A program made the position numbers and the translations under genes. DNA of 64,000 nt from Raillietiella orientalis (Eukaryota), in NCBI GenBank assembly GCA_036172245.1, contig JAYWIR010000018.1, forward strand, positions 1,798,001 to 1,862,000, given 5' to 3'. A model generated the notes under the pieces. The model was not told the DNA's origin, made no database searches, and saw only the letters and a program-made list of their open reading frames with translations. Below are positions 34,601 through 44,899 of this stretch, one piece after another. Each line of letters begins with the position of its first letter. The first letter of the stretch is position 1.

Positions 34601-37600
34601 ACCGAGCGCTGCTTTCTTTTTCCCGCTGTCCGAGATGCTCAAATGAAAGCAACGACAGTGATTGCTAGGGCGAATCGTTTTCCGGAACATTTCCCACACG
34701 CATTCTGAACACCTCATCGAGCACACGAGAGAGGCAGAAGGCGGATGGCACGCATTGCCCCAAGGCGAGGAACCATCGCTCGCGCTTCTCTTGAAAGAAC
34801 GACTTGACTGGTTCTCCCCTTCACCCGTTCCAAGTGGAAAATTCGCGGGAGGCAGACGATCCGCCCCGTGTCTCCGGGAGCTGAGGTTGTCATGAGAGGA
34901 CGTTGTTTCTTTCCTCATGATGCGCAGCTTCCGCAGCATTAGAGGTGGGTCACACTCCAAGAACTACCGAAAAGAGGAAACGGTCAAGGTTTTGTCTGCT
35001 AAGTGACATGGTTTGCAAGCACACCGACCGGTACCACGGTGTCTCCATGACTTCCCCATAGGGAGCAACGCACCGACCACAGTCTGTCACGGTTGCAAAT
35101 CAGGAAGATAGGGCGTCAGCCTTATCTTCCTGATTTGCAGCCCAGAGCGTTCCCCGCGATTTTCGGATACTCTCTCTTTCCGGAGTCTCTTTATAGAGTA
35201 TCAGCTGCTACTAACGATTCATCACTTGTTCTGAAATCTTACAGTTCCACTCCTTTAACTACTGATATGTGGGCGAGTAGTTGCTGTGAGTCGTGGATGC
35301 ACGACAACGTTTGTTTCGCAGTTGCTGCACTCCTCGCATCCGCAACTTGTTTGTGCCGAGCTCTTCCCGGCATCCATTCGTCTCTGTTAGCCTCTGCCGA
35401 ACCTCAAGCGGAGGTCGTTTTTCCTTAACCCAAAGTTCGGGAATCGCAAGGAGGTGTCCCTTCCGGTTCGCGATTCGTCCCACGGAGAGCGGGCAGCTCG
35501 GCACGGCGCTGCTTTTCTGGAAATGCTGTAGAAAAAAGTTCCTCCGAGGAATGTCATAGAGAAAGTCTTCCTTCACCCTTCAGGAGGTTGCTCGCCTACG
35601 GACGAATAGGGCAGCTCCAGCCAGGCAGTCTACCGCCGTAGAAGGTGGTGGCAGCTGCGAAGCTGGAAGAAACTCGCCTTCCTTTCCGCGCCCAGTTCCC
35701 CATGCAAAGTGACCTCCTTTCCTTGAGTTCAGCTTGAAGTCCCCCCGGGGTTTACGAACAAGCAAATTTCTTTCGATACCAGCGTGCGATGGATTTCGGA
35801 GCTCCTTCACTCGAGTGAAACTGGAATCTCTTGCACTTCAGAACTCAAGGAAACCCATCTCTCTGTAGCGCTGGACAAGAATGCACAGAAGCATGAGATC
35901 CAGGAATTGTTTGGGACATCCAGGAATCAATTTTTACTCCCTTTCCACCAAACTGCTGAGACTCGTACCTGTAAAGCATCACTTAAACCGAGTCTTGCAT
36001 GTTCTTGACTTACTTCCATCCTTCGGGATCCTTCCAGGAACCAAGGAGCGACGTTTCCATTCAGGATTCCCCCTCTGGTTGCGAAAATAAAATTGTCCCT
36101 TCTCGTAGGTACATGGTACTCGATGGAGGATCCTCCATCGAGTACCATAGAGCTGATGGGTCGATACATCTCCCCGAGTGTAAAGTGCTCTTCTCCCTTG
36201 GGGGGGAGCGCCCATCAGGGAAGTTTGGATGCGTCCGTTCGGGGCTCTCTTCAGAAAAAGAGGAAGAAACAAGGAGCTGAGAGGGTCTCTCCATAGGAGA
36301 AATGAGAAGTGGACCTCTCTGGAAAGAATTAGGAAGAGGGTCCTTTCAGAGGAATCCCTTCGGAGACAACCAGGGCGAGGGATTCTTTTGGGATTGCCTC
36401 CCAAGAGGACTCCTCCGGAACCTTCCTGGATTCATAAAGTGCTCCCCGACCGGCGTGCATCCTATAACTTGAAGGATTGCACACAGACTCGGTTGGCGTG
36501 GACACTGTTAAGGATCTTCATGTGACCTTCCCTCTTCCGGATGAGCCTGAGCGATTCTTCAGTACTTGGCGAACTCAGAAAAAGAACCCCCTCTCCCCCT
36601 CAAAAAACGACTGGAAAGGAAGCAGTGAAAACAGAGGAACCCAGGAGGATTTCCATCCCCACATCACTGTAAGGCAAGGGAACACCCGATTCCTTTGCAT
36701 GCATTTCTTTGGCGCTCTCCCGCGCGGAAGGCTTGAAACCGAATGCAACCGTCAGAGCTGTTGCGTCTTGAGGGATTTCTCTCAAAGGGCGGTGTGGGAA
36801 GAAGAAGGATAGGAGTGGACGGTAAAGAAGCGCTCCAGTCGGCGTTCCTGACGGCGGTGACCGGAACACCTTTCAGGGAAAGAGCATGTGGGTGGGCGTG
36901 CTGGATGAACTGGAATTGCAGGCAGTGAGTGGTGGCTAGAGTTCTTGATTGGAGAAGCCGTGATTTTTCCACACTACTGAAACCAGGGACGCAAGGTCGT
37001 TTGACCCTCGTTGTGCCTAGCTCTTGTCCCTTTTTTCAGTGCTTGCGGTCACGTGTGGAGTAGGTAAGGAAGGAGTTGCCCGATTTATCAGACAGCTTCC
37101 TCCGTAACTGCCACACTTTTCTGTGGATACCTGCTAGCCCTCGGCTAGAGCTCATCTGCAAAGTTCGTGACTCCACGTGTCACTGTGTGCAGGTGTTCAG
37201 GCCACGACAGTGTGATCGGGAGCTCTAACATGGATCCCGTCCTGGACCCAGTGACCCGCGCGGATCTACACGGATTTTCGTAGCAAAGTTCTCGTTCGAC
37301 CCGATAGTCCCCCTAGTTGCCTCTTGCCACCGCCGCAACCAATCCTTCTGAGGCAGGCGTTCCTCATCGTCTTTTCAAGGACCTTTTCGGTTTCCGAGAG
37401 ATCATCCTTTCGCCTCTGGTTCGGCAGCTTTCCACAACACGTCACAAGAATGTCGTCCCTACCCGCTTGTGCTAACGGAAGTAGGATCCCCTGCCCCGGA
37501 ATCCACTACACACCAGATCAAGGTCCCTGTCCCCTGGTGAAGCCCCTGGATCTCCGCTCCGCGTTTCCCTATCGACTCGCTCTGTCCTGCGGGCTGGCCT

Positions 37601-40600
37601 CGAAACTGCTCTCTTCCCACCTGACCCGATAAACCCTGCAGGGAATGCGTTATTTCTTGTCCCAGTGGGACCTGCTTGAATGGGCGTTCGCCGCCTTCCG
37701 TCAACTGACCTGTGTTTCAGCTTTCGCTCCTGATGGACGTGCAAACTTGGATGGATGCAGCGACGCAAGTTTTGTACTCCATGAGCTTGGCCTTCGGGGG
37801 TCTCATTGCTTACGCGAGCTACAATCCACCGGACAACGACTGCATGCAGGACGCCATGATCACCACAGGGATCAATCTTCTGACGTCTCTCCTTACGGCG
37901 GTCGTGGTATTCGCCGTGTTGGGATTTAAAGCCTCGCAGAGTTACAAGAAGTGTTTACTCACGTAAGTTCCCTCTCGCTGCGTGCCGCATGGAATAAGGA
38001 CCTGTTGGCCGAGTTGGCACGTCCTAAAAGGGGGAGGAGGGTCCCGTTCCTACTGAAAGGGTTTCCTTGCGCCTGTGCTCCTCTTTGTGGGATGACCTCG
38101 AGTCCTGTCCTCTTCAGGCAGCAAGCCGCGTTGTTCCACCACCTGCAAGTGAACCCCAGCCAGTTCGTGGCCGCCGTGAACTTCACGTTTTCCAACTTCA
38201 GCGACTTCAGCAACTTCGTGGCCACCACGAAGTTTGAGTTCTCCGACGCACTTTTGACCGCCGCCAACCTCACCCAGTGCGACCAAATGGAGGAACTCAA
38301 GCAGGTGAGGTTTCCCGCTGCTTGTCTTCGTTTCCGGGGCAGGGATGAGCAGAAAGTCGAGGCAGCACCGATCGCGCGTTTGGCCGTGCACGTATCCCTC
38401 CCTCTCTTTCCTCCTCTCCTGCTGCGCAGGGAGGAAGGGGGTGGGTGGCACCACGGACTGACCATTCATGCTGCGACTGTCTGACTACGTTCCGACCTGC
38501 TTTCGCGTATGTGTTCGCGTGTTTTGCCCGAGAGCTGTCGCATCCCATTAATCTTCTCCCATGCAATCTGTCTGTCAGTGGACCGAGCTCGATACACTGG
38601 CCTACCTGAACAGCGGAACACAAGTTGCTCGCGACTACGGTCCGCTTGACCGGTGAGCTTTTTGGCTTGCACACGAAGGGTCCGTCTGAACGTGTGCTCC
38701 AGCGTTCCCGCTCTAGTTTCACCCTGGCCGACAGTGGCTTACCTTCCTCCCGTGATTTCTTTTGTTCTTTCTTTCTTTTCCTGTTCCATTCCTTCTTTGA
38801 GTGCAGAAGTAGAAACCAACTCCGGAATGGAGTCCGGAATGGATCGGAGATCCAGCCCTTAAGGGCAGGATCTCCGATCCTTCTGGGCAGATGAATCAGA
38901 GATTCGTCGTGCCGCACAGCGTATGGATGAAAAGACTTCCCCACACGCGCTTTCTCTGGTGCTCCTCGAAGGACAGATGCCTTTTGCCTACGGGTGCGCA
39001 TTCGGCAGCGTTAAACTCCATGTGGACCATGTGTGACCTTGTGTGTATTTCTGTGGACTTCCAGGCTGGCGAGGGAACCGGTTTGGCCTTCATCGTCTTC
39101 ACTCAGGCCATCATCAAACTCCCAGGGGCTCCGTTCTGGTCAGTGACGTTCTTCCTGATGCTGCTAGCGCTGGGACTTGGATCCCAGTTCGGTACCATGG
39201 AAGGCGTCATCACAAACATCTTCGACGCCTTCGGCCTGAAAATTCGCAAGGAGATCCTCACAGGTAGGGCGATTTGAACCGTATTTGGTAGGGAGCTCTT
39301 CCGTCGTTGCGGACGCGTGCTGCGACCAATTCATGTCGTCGGTTGCCGACTCTGTCTGCAAGCTGCTTCGTCTCGGCAGTTTCTTGGTCCCAGCTTCCCT
39401 AATTGTACCTTCCCGTCCTCTCATCCCACTCTCCCTGCATCGACCGCTTCGTCGCGCGCATCGCGTTATGCCGAGCGCCACCTACCCGAGTCGCTCTCAA
39501 CCTCACTGACCCTACACTGAGTATCGACCTCCTTGAGCTGGAGGGTTGCAGCAGGCTTCTCTGCCGCTCTGGATCGGTGGATGGTTCCCGGAAGGGAAGT
39601 ACTTTCTAACAATGCGGCTCGCTTCCTGAAGGGGGAGAACTTTCTGGAGGATGACGACTCAAGCTTTTGTCCCGATTCCAGCAATCCTTTGCACCTTCTG
39701 CTTCCTTCTGGATCTCATCTTCGTGTGCGGAGCGGGTGAATATTGGGTGAACCTGATCGACACCTTCACCGCCAACTTGGGACTCAGTATCATCGCATTG
39801 ATGGAAATCGTCGCCGTCAGCTACATCTACGGATGTCCTCGGTGAGGAGAGGGGATGCATGGCCTCAGGCAATGACATCTTATTTCGCAGGTTCTGCGAC
39901 GACATCGAGAACATGACGGGGAGGCGCCCCAACGCCTACTGGCGGTTTTGCTGGAAAATAGGCTCACCCGCCATCATCTCCATCATCCTCGTGTCCAACG
40001 TCGTCAAGGCCTTCATGAAGACGCGGACGTACCCTGCGTGGATTGCCGAGGAGGTGAGCCGTACGAATTCTCTCGTAACGCCCAGCTCCTGGGCCGGGTT
40101 TCCCTTCTCCTTGCCTGCCCACGTCTTCTCATACTCAACCGCCTCCCTTTCTCTTGTTTCTGCATGGTTTCTCCGTTCTGGGACGGAAAATCATGGCAGG
40201 TTCCTAAGTGCCCTCGGCCTCCAGTAAGGCTCTCGGGTTCCCACGGAGACTGCTGCGCAGTTCCTGGAGGTCTTTTCTTCCCCCGATTCCGGAAAGGCTA
40301 GTTACTCCCTACTCTATCCCCCTCCTTCATCCACACGTGGAGATGGCATTTCGCCTACCGTCGGCCCATTCTTTGTTCCAGGGAAGAACGGAGAACGTTC
40401 CGTTCCCAATGTGGGCTCAGGCCATCGGGTACACCACTGCTGCGGTGACCCTGCTGCCTCTGGTGGCTGTCTTCATGTTCCGTCTCCTGCAGTGCACTAA
40501 GGTAGAGGCAAATATCCACCAGGCCTCTGTCAAACGAGTGGACACAACAATATCTACGACTGCCATGATGACGGATACCGATGTAAGGATTCTGTCTCTT

Positions 40601-42368
40601 CTCCAACAGGAGGCGCAGCAACCTTGCTTAAAACGCTGCTTAACTGTCTGAAGCCCTGCTTAGAATCCCAGCACCTCTCCTCGTCTTCCTCGAGCTCGGG
40701 GGGGACTCCGCGAGTGTCACACGCCAGGAGGAATTCCTGACTGTCCTGTTAACAGAGACCCTCCTGCGGGAGGAGGGGAGCTGAGCTCGCTTCTCTCCCA
40801 CTGCCTTCCAAAGAATCCTATCCATGCTAAGAGAGCGTGGTCCCACTCTCACGAAGGGCCAGTGCCCTGGGAGGGAGAAAAGACGGCGAGCACGGCGCAA
40901 TGTGATCGCGGTCGTGGGAGCAGCGCGACTCCGCAAGGCTCCTGCAGGTCTCCCTAACGCTCCCGAGTCTCTCCTCCCTCGTACCATTATTGCGAGAGAA
41001 TCTTCTTTCCCGGTCACTGTTGTACCGTACCTATTCCCTTCCCCTACCACCCCCACAAGGTGGGGGTCTGTGTTAACACAGACCTTTTTTTTTTGTTTTG
41101 GTCATCATTGAGCTGATGTGCATGACGTTCCGCCACCACAGGGCCGAAAAAGTTAGTTGCAAAGGGGGTGCGAACGTTGATCTCGAAGGCAGACGACCTC
41201 TTACGCAACGATGCCTTCGATTTTCGTGTTCAGAGCACGTCCCGCGACTACCCCTTGTCTTCCCCAACAACCCCACCACCTTTCCGATCCATCAATCGCG
41301 GTGGCGTCCTCCTTGATCTAATGTATACCGAATTTCTATATGTAGATAGATAGATATATATATATATGTATGCTATTCGCACGAGCTCACCTAGATAGGC
41401 GCTAAGACATTTGGTCTTGGGGGAAAGGGTCATAGCGCACGTTCCTTGTAGTCACTTGGGTTTGAATGAAAGGATGGGTCCCCTTGGACTCGATGCGCAC
41501 CCCACGTTGATCTAGGTGGAAGACTACTCGCACGGGAACAGCTACGAGGACACTGTGTGTGTAGGCAAAGAGTTGCTAAGAAAACAACGTGATCCAGGAT
41601 AGATGTGGGACGTGAGTGCGTCAGTCTCCCTTGTTACATCCTTCCTGAGCAGTGATCAAGCTCCGTCCTTGACGCGGCTCGTACGACCGCGTAGTCCTGT
41701 GTCATCACTGGGGTAGATCCGAAATCCCCTCACACGAAAGGTGCGGCCATAGGGAACGTTGCGGCGTCAGGACGCGCGAGACCTCCTTAGGGGTTCTGCC
41801 TACCTCGCCATTTTCACGTCGGAAGTCTCATCCGCAAGTGTTGCTCCACTTTCCTGTACCTGAGCTCCTCTTCAATCTCTCGAGAGAAAGGAAGGGAAGG
41901 AAAAGGGGCGTAGGATGGAAGAGAGCAACTCTCAGGCATCCATCGGAACGCCTGCAAGGTGCTTGCGCGAGGGATGAGAGACGACCCCCATTCGTCGAAA
42001 AGTCACGAATCCTGAAATCTTACCCATTATTTTGGCTCCCAACTCCACCCCAGCTTTTGCATGTGGTTTTGCTTCGTGCTTGTCTCCCCTCCCGTGCCTT
42101 TCTGTCAACACTTCTGGTGGTGTTGCGCTGCAGCTGCTTCTTATGTGTTTGAGTTTGGTCATGTTGGGCTACTTGCACGCTGCCAAAACCTTTTTTCCCA
42201 GTCTCCTCCTTCCCCTCCACCTACGAGGATCCTTAATGGATCCGGGCCTTTTTTCCCGTCTTCCAGATCGTCGACGACTGCAGTCTCTTCGACGGCAACG
42301 TCGGCGTTGCCTTCTCCAACAGCGTGTGTTCCCGCAAACCCAAGTTTACGATGGAGATCGTCGACTGA
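22406..42368 (+). CDS. SLC6 (NSS/SNF family) Na+-dependent neutral amino-acid transporter, SLC6A15/17/18/19/20-like; whole gene span, 11 coding exons, 680 aa
   Basis: Exons 22406-22628, 29528-29760, 33009-33230, 33449-33559, 37721-37962, 38118-38304, 39065-39263, 39682-39841, 39891-40053, 40382-40582 and 42267-42368 all have GT-AG boundaries with compatible phases and total 2043 nt. SLC6 signatures are present ([58 protein letters not shown]). The [18 protein letters not shown]2 and the long EL4 insertion fit the amino-acid-transporter-II/'orphan' branch. Confidence 0.93.
22751..22771 (+). repeat. (TG)n microsatellite in SLC6 intron 1
   Basis: About 10 tg units. Confidence 0.95.
24700..28500 (+). 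mobile_element. Degenerate DIRS-like retrotransposon relic F in SLC6 intron 1
   Basis: RT ([22 protein letters not shown]...[12 protein letters not shown], ~25280-25450), MT-like ([11 protein letters not shown], ~26720) and YR C-terminus ([13 protein letters not shown]...ANSL, ~28350-28420). Confidence 0.45.
29528..29760 (+). CDS. SLC6 transporter exon 2 (TM2-TM3)
   Basis: Acceptor tttttcttgcag; (G)[26 protein letters not shown]...[20 protein letters not shown]; donor GTAAGT. Confidence 0.95.
30042..30068 (+). repeat. (GAAG)n microsatellite in SLC6 intron 2
   Basis: About 6 tandem gaag units. Confidence 0.9.
31200..32800 (-). mobile_element. DIRS-like MT + tyrosine recombinase relic in SLC6 intron 2
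   Basis: PAFSITP (MT-like, ~32650); [12 protein letters not shown]...LPPW...[25 protein letters not shown] (31649-32251) and [16 protein letters not shown] (31191-31709) match the DIRS YR pattern. Confidence 0.55.
33009..33230 (+). CDS. SLC6 transporter exon 3 (EL2, TM4)
   Basis: Acceptor ttcatctag; NPLPWSECP...[57 protein letters not shown]; donor GTATGA. Confidence 0.95.
33449..33559 (+). CDS. SLC6 transporter exon 4 (TM5)
   Basis: Acceptor tctttcag; [37 protein letters not shown]; donor GTAAGG. Confidence 0.95.
34300..36900 (-). mobile_element. Degenerate DIRS-like RT-RNase H-MT relic in SLC6 intron 4
   Basis: RT ([24 protein letters not shown], 35979-36404), RNase H ([11 protein letters not shown]...HSNY, 35259-35576) and MT ([19 protein letters not shown], 34424-34960). 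Confidence 0.5.
36113..36148. repeat. Perfect 36-bp palindrome (no spacer)
   Basis: atggtactcgatggaggatcctccatcgagtaccat equals its own reverse complement. Confidence 0.97.
37721..37962 (+). CDS. SLC6 transporter exon 5 (TM6-TM7)
   Basis: Acceptor tgtgtttcag; [45 protein letters not shown]...VFAVLGFKA; donor AC|GTAAGT, phase 2. Confidence 0.95.
38118..38304 (+). CDS. SLC6 transporter exon 6 (extended EL4 loop)
   Basis: Acceptor cctcttcag, phase-compatible; [10 protein letters not shown]...[13 protein letters not shown] with N-glycosylation sequons (NFT, NFS, NLT); donor GTGAGG. Confidence 0.85.
39065..39263 (+). CDS. SLC6 transporter exon 7 (TM8)
   Basis: Acceptor cttccag; [54 protein letters not shown]...KEILT; donor G|GTAGGG. 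Confidence 0.95.
39682..39841 (+). CDS. SLC6 transporter exon 8 (TM9-TM10)
   Basis: Acceptor gattccag; (A)[28 protein letters not shown]...[13 protein letters not shown]; donor CG|GTGAGG. Confidence 0.93.
39891..40053 (+). CDS. SLC6 transporter exon 9 (TM11)
   Basis: Follows a 49-bp intron; (R)[26 protein letters not shown]...TYPAWIAEE; donor GTGAGC. Confidence 0.93.
40382..40582 (+). CDS. SLC6 transporter exon 10 (TM12, C-tail)
   Basis: Acceptor ctttgttccag; [31 protein letters not shown]...[16 protein letters not shown]; donor GTAAGG. Confidence 0.9.
40640..42200 (-). mobile_element. Degenerate DIRS-like RT-RNase H relic in SLC6 intron 10
   Basis: RT ([16 protein letters not shown] at the YLDD position, ~41700-41735) followed by RNase H (WGVVGEG...EDSLAIMV...PTTAI...[13 protein letters not shown]...VNRTV, 40640-41056). 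Confidence 0.55.
42267..42368 (+). CDS. SLC6 transporter probable last exon 11
   Basis: Strong polypyrimidine acceptor (ccttttttcccgtcttccag), phase 0; [36 protein letters not shown] with exon-like codon usage. There is no family motif, so this exon is less certain. Confidence 0.6.
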   Translation: MVDDCSLFDGNVGVAFSNSVCSRKPKFTMEIVD

Positions 42369-44899
42369 CGCTCGCCGAATCAGCAGCGGCTAATTTGTTT
42401 TCACCTGATCCTGGTCCCATAGGTGGTCCGGACGCTCCAGAATCGTCCTCGCGGACGTGCTCTTCCAGGAATGCGTCACATCACCAAGAGACGATCGTTC
42501 GAAAGTCGCCGATCTCCTTACACGACCAGCAGAAGAAAAACAAAGATGGGACCACGTGAATTTAGCAGCAGCATCAGACACTTCCACGTCCGGTCTCGCG
42601 CACCAGCCACGCGATCAGTACGGGTTCCAAGTGTCCACAACACTTCCTTTCGGCCCTCTTCCTCTACCCGTTCCAGACTTGGCCAAAAAAAAAAAAAAAA
42701 CAGCGAGAGAGAGAAAATCCTCGGCACCATGGTGGAACATCCTTTTTTTTTCCAATGTTTTTTTTTCTTTCTTTTCGGAACCGTCCGGTCGCGCCGCGCG
42801 CCACCGTGCGCGGAATCCCCGTGTTGTAGAAATACATGATGACTTTGGTATCCTGGAGGCGTCTTGTATTCACTTCCGCTCTGCGGACAAAAAAAATCAG
42901 CGCTTCCAAGACCCTTTGCTTCCCTACTTTTCTGTACTCCATTCGCGTATTCCCTACTCCTCCCACCCTGTCCGTGCTTCCCCTCCCGCCTACTGGAGGA
43001 AAACGCTCTCTCCCCTCTATCAAAAGTAGAGGGGTCAAGGCGACCCAGCAACATGAAGGCACCTACACCAGCTCCTTCCTCTTCGCGTGATGCTTTCTCT
43101 GGAGGCGTCCGGAGTCTCCAGGAAGGAGTATTGCGGGAGCGTCTCAACAACCCATTACACAGACCTCCGCCCGCATCTTCACAGCTCCCTCACGTGTTCT
43201 TCGAGGATGAGAACAGCAGCTTTTCCCAGAGATGCGATGGGAAGTGACATCCCATAAGGTTTTTCCTCCGGCACCTTTCCACCCCGGACGACGCTCTCAC
43301 ACCCTGACCTTCTTGCTGAGCTGACCATTGTCTCCGTCGGAGGACTGGTAGTCTCCCTTCCATTCCTGTAATCCTAGGTAGCCCTGGAGAGGCGCCAGAG
43401 ATGGTGGAACGAGGGAAACAAGCCAGCCTCCAACGACGTAGGAGAGGATAGCTCGTTCGAGCAAGCGGGAACGTGGAAACTCCTCATCCCTGTTTCGACC
43501 GCTCCAGATAACCTAAAGGTCTTACCGCTCTCGACTGGCAAATCTGTTGATGGGGTAGCAGGTCTGCGCAGATCTCCAAAGAAGCGATCTTCCCGAGGAG
43601 GCTCGCCCGTCTCTCAACTCGCGAGTTTCTCGCCCGTAGTCCCATCTCTTCACTCCCATCTGCTTACCTGTGAGGTCTCACGGGGTGATCTTTGAGGGGT
43701 GAAGGAATCTGTCCTTTCTCCCGAGGAACAGGTCGTCTGCGTTCAGTCCTCCTTTTCCTCCTGTTTCTGCTTCCGTTTTGCTGCCTCCCAGCTATTCCCC
43801 CTCCCCCCTGCTCTCCTTTGCCAACCAGCATCGCTACCCACTGAGCTCCCTACTTGGCATCCCGCTCCTGGCGGCACGGGAAGGAAAGTGTACTCCCCTC
43901 GGGCACTGGCCTATAGGTCGAGAGGCTGCCGCCGTCGGCTTCACCTTGACGTGTCACTCACAATGACGTCCGCAGTAGCCTTGTCTTGAGCACAAAGGCG
44001 AAGGAGGCGCTTGCAGCTCGCTTCCTTTCCAGACGTGCCTTAAGCAGCATCCGGGATCTCCGCAACTGGCTGCGCCCATCCATCTGAGTCTAGACGTTGC
44101 GCTTGCATCTAGAAGGAAGGGGTAAAAATCGCTCTTTTCCGCTTCCATGAAGGTGTTTTTGAGAATGGAAACCCGGCGGGTGCCGACTGACCTCCAAGAA
44201 GCAGACAATGAGGACGCCAGTTTCGTCCCCCGCGAAAGTGGGCGCGCATCGGCTCCAACTTCACCACTCAGCGCAGCAGACGCCATCTGAACGCACCGCT
44301 TGCCACCTCTTTTTTTCAGACTGCTTCGCGGATCAGATCTTTGAGATAGTTAACCTTTAGCATTAGTGGCGTACTAGGAAAACTTTGGCTCTGTGGCCCC
44401 CAAGGTGCGATGCAGTCTCCTTCCTCAATCCACTTTGCCTTTCTTTTTGCCAGCCTCCTCCTCATATACAAGGACGGTTTTCTGGCAATGGTTGGATCTA
44501 TTTCTGTGACCCCTATGACAAAGCGATGCCTGCCGAGTTAGGTGCCCGGCGGCGACAGCTACAACGTCATGGGCGAATGCCTTACCCTCACCTGAGGTGA
44601 AATTCTGCCTCTTCCAAAAGAGTAGGGACATCTTGGGTTAACTACTGCCTGCTCGGCAAGGAAAGGAAGGCCCAAAAAACAGAAACCAGCATCTTCGAAA
44701 GATGAAGACCTCATGCATATCGGCATCGCTTCATAACGAAGGTGACATCGAGCAGACTTGTATCAACTGTGAAAACATGAATGCGAAAGTTAACCTGAGG
44801 CTAACTTTAACTTTCCACCCATCTCCTCCACACAGACAGTCCGCTCGCATGCACCGTTCTGCGCTGCTGTCCCGATCCACGCGTCTCTTTCTAAAAACG

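Noticed and set aside
31200..36900. Idea that the intron-2 and intron-4 relics are one element enclosing SLC6 exons 3-4
   Set aside because: Each appears to have its own MT-like region, so independent insertions are simpler.
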